Source: Paraspadella gotoi (taxonomy: Eukaryota > Animalia > Chaetognatha). Taken from it: DNA of 14,329 nt. The notes below the pieces were generated by a model, which was not told the origin of the DNA, made no database searches, and saw only the letters and a list, made by a program, of their open reading frames with translations. The position numbers and the translations under genes are program-made. Below, one piece after another: positions 8,004-14,329 of the stretch (position 1 is the first letter of the stretch; each line of letters opens with the position of its first letter). Location: positions 9,153,059-9,167,387 of the forward strand of contig CM119263.1 in assembly GCA_051294375.1 (NCBI GenBank), read 5' to 3'.

Positions 8004-10218
8004 GGAGGAGAGAGAGAAAAGAGAGAGAGTGAGAGAGAGAGAGGAGAGAGATAAATAAGATGGAGACAGAGGACAGAAAATTGAAAACGTTTGAAACGGA
8101 CGAGAGAAGTTGGAGACAAAAGCGGACCGAAAAAGGAGGAAAAGAGAAAAAAAAGACTTTGTCTTTTCGTTCTTATCTTTACCTTTCACTTTCATTTCCC
8201 TTTGGCGTTTATACTTCCTTTTCTCCACCCAAAAATAAACGTTGCCATTATTCATATTTCCTTCTCCGTTCTTTTCTCTACGTATATTTTCCATCTCCCA
8301 TACTTTCCTCTCCCACCCGCCCGTTTTTATTATACGAAAATCTCACCCCAACCCTGATTCACTTTCACATCCTCAACGTCCTCTCACCCCCTCCCTTTCA
8401 CCCCCCTCCTCCTTCTATTCCTTTCCCCCCCTCATTTTTATTTCGTGCCCATAATTTTTTTCAAAGGATTTCAATGGGAATACATTTTTCTATCCGCGTC
8501 ATCTTTTCATCGCTTTTGAGCTCCGATGATTTCGACTAATTTCCCCCACAATTTCAAAGATAAAAATTCAATGAAAATGTCCCCGAATATTTTTCTTTCC
8601 TTTTTTTTTTTACCACATTTTTTTCACTTTTCCTTTTTATACATTTTTCACGAGTTTTCTGGCTTCCTTTTGTGAATTAGTAAATGCGAAGGAAGACGTT
8701 TAATATGATTTAAAAAAAAAACCAAAAAACTTAAACGTCGCTCGATTTAAATTATTAACTTTTTTGTTTCTCGTCAGATTTCGTAAGAACTTTTGGGGCA
8801 CAATTTAAATTTAATCATTAACGAACTTTAATTTAACACTTTTTTGTCCGTCATATACTCTCAGTACAGGCTTATTTACCAAATAACGGCTCTCTCCGAA
8901 AGCACATGATCTGCGTCCGTTCCGTCGTCGTCGTCGTCAGTCTCGTCGTCCGTCGCGTCCTCCCTTTCTTTTCCCCCTCCTTCCTTCAATCCCTTTCTCG
9001 TACAATGTGTGAGGGTGAACCCAATTGTTTGAGATCGACCTCTGACCCCGTCTACCCGCTGAACCCTTGACCTCGACAATACGACGCGAACCCCCCCGAC
9101 GGCTCACCGTTTTTGTCTTTTCCATCTCTTCCTTCGAACCGGCGCGTCGGCGCCATTGAAAGAGTAGGACCTGACGTTCTCTTTTATGTTTTGTCGGATT
9201 CGGATGGAAAATTAGGGCTGAGAAACGAATTCCCGCATGTAGAACCTATTGTTGAAGAAAGATCTGTCGGCTCGAATTTGAGTTGAAGAGAAAATCTAAA
9301 GAAAAGTTAAGAAAACTAGGTATTAATGCTTGCAACTACGTTATTTTCGGCACCCCTATCTGTCAACCCCATGCTGTAAAAACACCGTGTCCGTCTGTTA
9401 AAAACACCCATCTATCGAGCTAATTATTTATTTTCCCACGCGCGCGGGAAGTCCGCGCACGTTCCACGGTCCGCCGCATCGCTCGACGCGATCTGCGCAC
9501 TGAGGCACGGAATCGTGCGTGCGCGAAACAGACGACGAAGAAACGAGGCTGCAAGCGTGCGCCGCGCCCCGCCGCGGCTTTCACGAAGCGGATGCGCTTA
9601 TGAACACCATGCTGGCAGCGGGGGCCAGCTGCGTCGCTTGAGCTACGCAGGCTACGTCGTCGTTGCGACGCGTTGACTCGTCGTTTTCACGGGTGTTTAA
9701 AGGTTCGCCCAAAAGGATTTCCTTTCTTTTCTCATTTTCTGGCCAATGATTTCTTCCTGTTTTGAACTGAGGAGTTGGGGAGCCGTGTCTGAGAGTAGAT
9801 GAGTAAATTAGTCAATAAGCGAGCGATGTTTTTTTTAGAATGCATACTTTCATCTATCATACATGGGTGATTGTTGAAGGACACCGGTGCAGGCGCTATA
9901 TAATCTTAACAAAATGGATTGGTTTTCCTTTTATAAGCCCGATTCTTTCAAGTAATGTTTATTTTAAATGTTAGTATTGTCTCCGACGATCATACGCGTT
10001 GTCATCTTTCTCGAATCCATGATGTCTCTTTTTCTTCTCTTCTTCTTCCCATCCTTTTTTCCTTTCCTTTTTGGTCCTCAGGTGGTTTTTTCCTTTTCCT
10101 CCCTTTTCTTTGTCAATCCTTCCTTCGATTAGTATAACAAGCCCATTAGGCGGCCGCCCAACCCGGTTCTTGATGATCTTAGGGGAAGATGAGGAGAGGT
10201 CTGTCTCTATGTATCTCT

Positions 10219-10258
<40 letters not shown>

Positions 10259-10329
10259 CTTCCCTCTTCTCTCTCCTCTCTCTCTCTCTCTTCTTCTCTA
10301 CTTTCTTCTGTCGTGCGCTACCAGTACTC

Positions 10330-10360
<31 letters not shown>

Positions 10361-10378
10361 GCCCCGCGTAAAACGTTG
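8004..10378 (+). repeat. Third, noisier copy of the locus in non-palindromic order A-S-B-(part of D)
   Basis: 8004-8289 matches 5634-5910; 8290-8475 matches S; 8476-~10350 matches 3051-~4900. Dense single-base insertions. Confidence 0.95.
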
Positions 10379-10403
10379 NNNNNNNNNNNNNNNNNNNNNN
10401 NNN
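10379..10403. other. Assembly gap, 25 N
   Basis: N run ending the third locus copy. Confidence 0.98.
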
Positions 10404-11451
10404 GTGGATGGGGAGGCGTTAGAAATCGGGGAAGGACCCCCAGGGGAAGGAGATTAAAAGCAGTTAATCCGTCTTCAGACGGACATTTTTGCCCCTCGCC
10501 ATAAAAAAAAGGACGAGCGGGGGAAGAAAGTCGGGGGTAGAGATAGTCAGAAGTAGAGAGAGGTAAAGAGAGGTTAAGAGATAGGAGCTTCGGCGGAAAG
10601 AAGAGGGGGGAAAAAGGCAAGAGATAGGGAAGAAAAGTCGATCAGAAAATGAGTCCAATAAACAACAACATTGTCGATCAGTAAAAAGGCGAAACGGGGG
10701 TTGTTGGGAACGTAAATATGAGGGTGCGCGGTGTTCAACAGAGAAGAGAAGTTAAAAAGAGAAGAAAGAATAAAGAAGCGATCCTTAACGTCACAATGAC
10801 CTCAACGCCGTGTCAATTCGTTACAAGTTACCCCTTATCCCCAATTCCGATACCCTCAATGCCTTTATACTCAAAGATTCCCCTTTTTTTTAAAAGATAA
10901 ACCACGAGCGATAAATTTGGAATTTTATCATTTTATCCATTTCATCGAATTTAAAAATGTGACGTCGTAAAAAAAAGAAAAGAACTCGAATTTTTGGCGA
11001 ATCGATTCGAATTCGCGGGAGGCATGGAGGTGCTTGGCGAGGAGATGCTGGGTTTGCAGATGCATGGCGTGAAGATAGTCTTCGGCTAATGCGCGGAGGC
11101 GTTCGATGAGATTAAATACTCAGTTATTGACGTTTACCTACATGGTTCTAGTCAAGCGACGGAAGTTCCTAAAAAAATATTTTCCTCTTCTTATCACCCA
11201 ACAACGTAGTACTTCTCCAAGCCCACAATCTCAAACCTCCAAACCCCGGACCAGTGGGGAAGGGTGGACGATCTTTTCGAAACCCCCCCCCAACAAAAAA
11301 AAATAAATCGAGGGACGAAGATGATGAAGACGACGACGAATTCGCCGCCGCGACGAACATAAGAGACAAGAAGTTCGCCCTCGATTTTATGTTTATTTCT
11401 TTTTTTACGATCGAAGAAAAAAACGCGATATTCAATAAACCGTAACGTTGT

Positions 11452-11476
11452 NNNNNNNNNNNNNNNNNNNNNNNNN
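11452..11476. other. Assembly gap, 25 N
   Basis: N run. Confidence 0.98.
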
Positions 11477-11569
11477 ACGAAAATAAAAAAGATTGGTTCG
11501 ACTCATCTTCGGTCGATATCCGAGGCATAAACATTTGCTATGCTTTATATCATGAAAGAGTAGAGGATT

Positions 11570-11669
11570 GAGAGAGAGAAGAGAGAGAGAGAGAGAAGAG
11601 AGAGTAAGAGTCAGGTTGAGAGAAGAGAGAGATGAAGAGAGAGAGAGAGAGAAGAGAGAAGAGAGAGAG
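11570..11669 (+). repeat. Imperfect (GA)n microsatellite
   Basis: Direct reading. Confidence 0.95.
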
Positions 11670-12049
11670 ATTTCTCGATGGACCTCTTTAACGATGTCAT
11701 GAATAGCACTTCATCTGGTGCAAACACCCGGTTATTTCGCTCGTTAGGCAGGCCCTGTGGCGCGATCGCATCGTAAAAAAAGGATGGCGTGAAACGATCG
11801 CTTTCCGACGATCCCTTTTACCTTCCTTCGTTTCTTCTTTCTCCTTCTCCTTTCATTTATCGTCTTCTCTCTTCCTTCCCATATTCTCAACGGGAGTTAT
11901 CCATGAAGCAGGATTTTATGGTTTTATAAATTATTTTGGCACTATTTGGTATCGCTTACCACTTCTTTCCCGCACACTAGATGGATAAAGTCCGAATGCC
12001 ATAACCGTTTCCCTGTTTATCCCCTACGTAGAAGAGCTTCTGCTTTTCA

Positions 12050-12190
12050 TCCAGTCTTTTTATTCAGTGTAATGGAATCGGTAATGGACCGTACTTGGTT
12101 GAAGATGATTTTTACCTATTGTGATATGTAGAACTCTAGATGATGAAAGATGCGATTGGTTTAAATTTTTATAGAGGAAACGCTTTGTGG
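12050..12190 (-). mobile_element. Possible degenerate Ty3/gypsy integrase C-terminal (GPY/F module) relic
   Basis: Minus strand reads FLYKNLNQSHLSSSRVLHITIGKNHLQP, then with frameshifts Y-GP, YR, ITLNKKT. From memory this resembles the F(V/I)HKDL...R...LQPPYxGPYxV....KT tail of some gypsy integrases; no DDE core or LTR seen. Confidence 0.2.
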
Positions 12191-12468
12191 CCCGCTCTGT
12201 GTTAAGTTAAGTGTTCCCACTTGGAGTGCCATCATTCACCAATCTCACCTACCCTACATTTGCGCACTCTCTCACTTCCCCCCTTCCCTCCCCTGCCCAT
12301 TCCCGCCCCCCGTCAAGGGCAAAGCAGGGTGGATTAGGGTGGTGGATTTGAGTGGGACGGTGGGATTAAACGAACGGGGGTAAAATTTTAAACCAAGGTT
12401 TTCGGTATGAAATAGGGCTGAAAGATGGAGAGAGAGGGATAGGGAACACGGAATGGGGTATGGCGGGA

Positions 12469-12478
12469 NNNNNNNNNN
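12469..12478. other. Assembly gap, 10 N
   Basis: N run. Confidence 0.98.
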
Positions 12479-12715
12479 TAGCAAATGTTTATGCCGGATA
12501 TCGACCGAAGATGGAGTCGCCATCTTTTTTTTTCGTTGAAAGATAAAACTTAATCGATGAGAGTTACATCCGGTTCATGATGGATCTCAAGTTACATCCG
12601 GGATTTGCTAAGAAAATAAAACGACATCGAAAATCCGCTCGACGTCAGCAACGAAAAATCGTCGAGGCTCAGATTAGGGCTTCGCGATTAAAAAGATCCA
12701 GGACCACCTGAGCAG

Positions 12716-12894
12716 NNNNNNNNNNNNNNNNNNNNNNNNNNNNNNNNNNNNNNNNNNNNNNNNNNNNNNNNNNNNNNNNNNNNNNNNNNNNNNNNNNNNN
12801 NNNNNNNNNNNNNNNNNNNNNNNNNNNNNNNNNNNNNNNNNNNNNNNNNNNNNNNNNNNNNNNNNNNNNNNNNNNNNNNNNNNNNNNNNNNNNN
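12716..12894. other. Assembly gap, 179 N
   Basis: N run. Confidence 0.98.
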
Positions 12895-13389
12895 AGAGAG
12901 AGAGAGGAGGCGGAAGAACGCTATCTGTCAAGCCGCGACGTTTTGGCTACGGGGAAAACGAAGAGAGATTTTGAAAAAGAAATAAAGAACGAGTGAGATT
13001 GAGAAAGACATGGACGAAAAAAAAGAAAGAAAATAATCAGACCCTCAACACCCTATTAACTTGGAAGGGAAGGAAGATCGTTTATTCTTAAAAAAGAATG
13101 GAATCGTGAGAGCGAGAGCGAGTGGGAGTCAAATAGAATCGAATATCGTCGCCGCCGCCAGCGACGTCTGACGTCAGGAGACATTAAACTCAAACAAACA
13201 AACGGTTTTCGTTTCAAAAGTGCACTTATGCGCCGAGGCATCGACGCCGAGGAGAAACTGATAGCGTCGTAGTTGTCGTCGTCATCGCCGTCGTCGTCGT
13301 CAACGGCGGCGTCATTGTCTCGGCTACGAGTTTAGTGACGCTTGAAAAGTAATAAATTACGCCGGTGACGAATCGGGGGGCAAACGTTT

Positions 13390-13416
13390 TCGTCGTCGTC
13401 GTCGTCGTCGTCGTCG
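13390..13416 (+). repeat. (TCG)9 microsatellite
   Basis: Nine perfect units; a degenerate relative lies at ~13266-13301. Confidence 0.95.
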
Positions 13417-13690
13417 CAGAACGAATTCCGTCTCGCTCCCTCCTCCTTTGTATTCAATTATTCCATCGAAAAGACGTCGTTTTTCTCTCCTTTTACTTTC
13501 CATGATTTATTCCGCAGATTCACTTTGTTTGATTTGTTTTATTTTTTTTTTAAATCACGATCTAGTTGAATTGAAACTAATCTTTAGTTTATTTGTGTTT
13601 CGAAGATATATTTAAGTATAATTGCTGCGCCTTCCGCGCACTCATAAACCCCGCATTTGGTTGACAGTTTCTTATATCCACAACGACGCC

Positions 13691-13763
13691 CTCTCTTTCC
13701 GCCCTTTCTTTCCGCCTCTCTTTCTCTTTCTCTTTCTCTTTCCTCTCTTTCCGCCATCTCTTT
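13691..13763 (+). repeat. Pyrimidine tract with (TCTCTT)n and repeated ctttccgcc
   Basis: (c/t)ttccgcc occurs three times within a CT-rich block. Confidence 0.8.
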
Positions 13764-14182
13764 CCGACTCTCAAAAAAAAATAACCTTCTTGCACCCGAA
13801 CCACCATTCACGTCCCATCTTCCAAAATTCCTAGCAAGTCCTGCGGCAAAGTCCAAATCTCTCTCCGGCATCCGGCAGGATTTTCTCGGCCTGAACCTTG
13901 GCGACCTAGGAGTTCGACTGTTTTTTGGCCTTCTTTGGAGTTGCACGCAATGATTTATTACAAATGTGCCCAACACAAAACGCTCTAATTTGTCTCTTTT
14001 AAGTTTTTAGCTCTGCATCTATTATCGCGCGCATTGTGTGCTAATGTGACTTCAAGTACCCAAAGATAATCACTCCATTAAACTTTCTCTTTAATCAATC
14101 AAAATATTCATTTCTTTGAGGTCCGCCCATAGCAACGGTCCGCTTCGTTTTTTTTCAAACCATTTAACACACCCTTCCTCCT

Positions 14183-14220
14183 CCCCCCCGCACCACTTCC
14201 CCCCCCGCACCACTTCCCCC
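14183..14220 (+). repeat. 17-bp tandem duplication CCCCCCCGCACCACTTC x2
   Basis: Perfect units at 14183-14199 and 14200-14216. Confidence 0.9.
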
Positions 14221-14329
14221 GGGCTGCTCCACGCGCTATTCCGGCGGACTCGGTTCCTCGGCGCGGGTTTTCCACACATTCTTGACAAGGAAGATTAAAA
14301 ATGAGATCCTCTAAATGGCTTCCCTTCTT

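Noticed and set aside
11090-11170. CAEAFDEIK...VYLHGSS resembling a retroelement RT-RNase H linker
   Set aside because: Very short, wrong spacing, in-frame stop just upstream and the catalytic Asp is missing.
10364-11451. Similar words (cgtaaaacgttg, cgtaacgttg) just before two 25-N gaps
   Set aside because: About 10 bp, imperfect, and in low-quality contig ends; likely coincidence.
11903-12205. Cys-rich secreted peptide stitched from plus-strand fragments
   Set aside because: Needs a read-through stop and several arbitrary frameshifts.
13168-13177. Perfect CRE palindrome cTGACGTCAg and other GACGTC sites
   Set aside because: GAC/GTC words are very common in this window and no gene start anchors the site.
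13584-13976. 130-aa minus-strand ORF and overlapping ORFs
   Set aside because: Non-ATG start, partly microsatellite-derived, no recognisable domain.

Overview
Eukaryotic-looking, gapped draft-assembly sequence: long GA/CT microsatellites, CpG-rich (GAC/GTC)n tracts and seven N-gaps. I recognise no conserved gene, rRNA, tRNA or CRISPR array, and nearly all listed ORFs are microsatellite translations. About two thirds of the window is one ~2.4-3 kb locus (segments A-S-B-D) seen three times with indel-type differences: D'-B'-S-B-D (332-5608, a giant inverted repeat), A-S-A' (5634-6408, a second inverted repeat) and A-S-B (8004-10378). Both palindromes fold around the same ~180-190 bp pyrimidine-rich segment S and are reciprocal products. 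Their two new junctions are those of an allele with S inverted, or of one exchange at short inverted repeats flanking S. The simplest reading is a real micro-inversion or haplotype difference that long-read gap filling misassembled; true palindromes are not excluded. Weaker leads: a consensus ~83-aa ORF recoverable only by merging the three copies, a frameshifted repeat-peptide region (about 6930-7400) and a possible Ty3/gypsy integrase relic (about 12050-12190). All alignments were done by eye, so boundaries are approximate.
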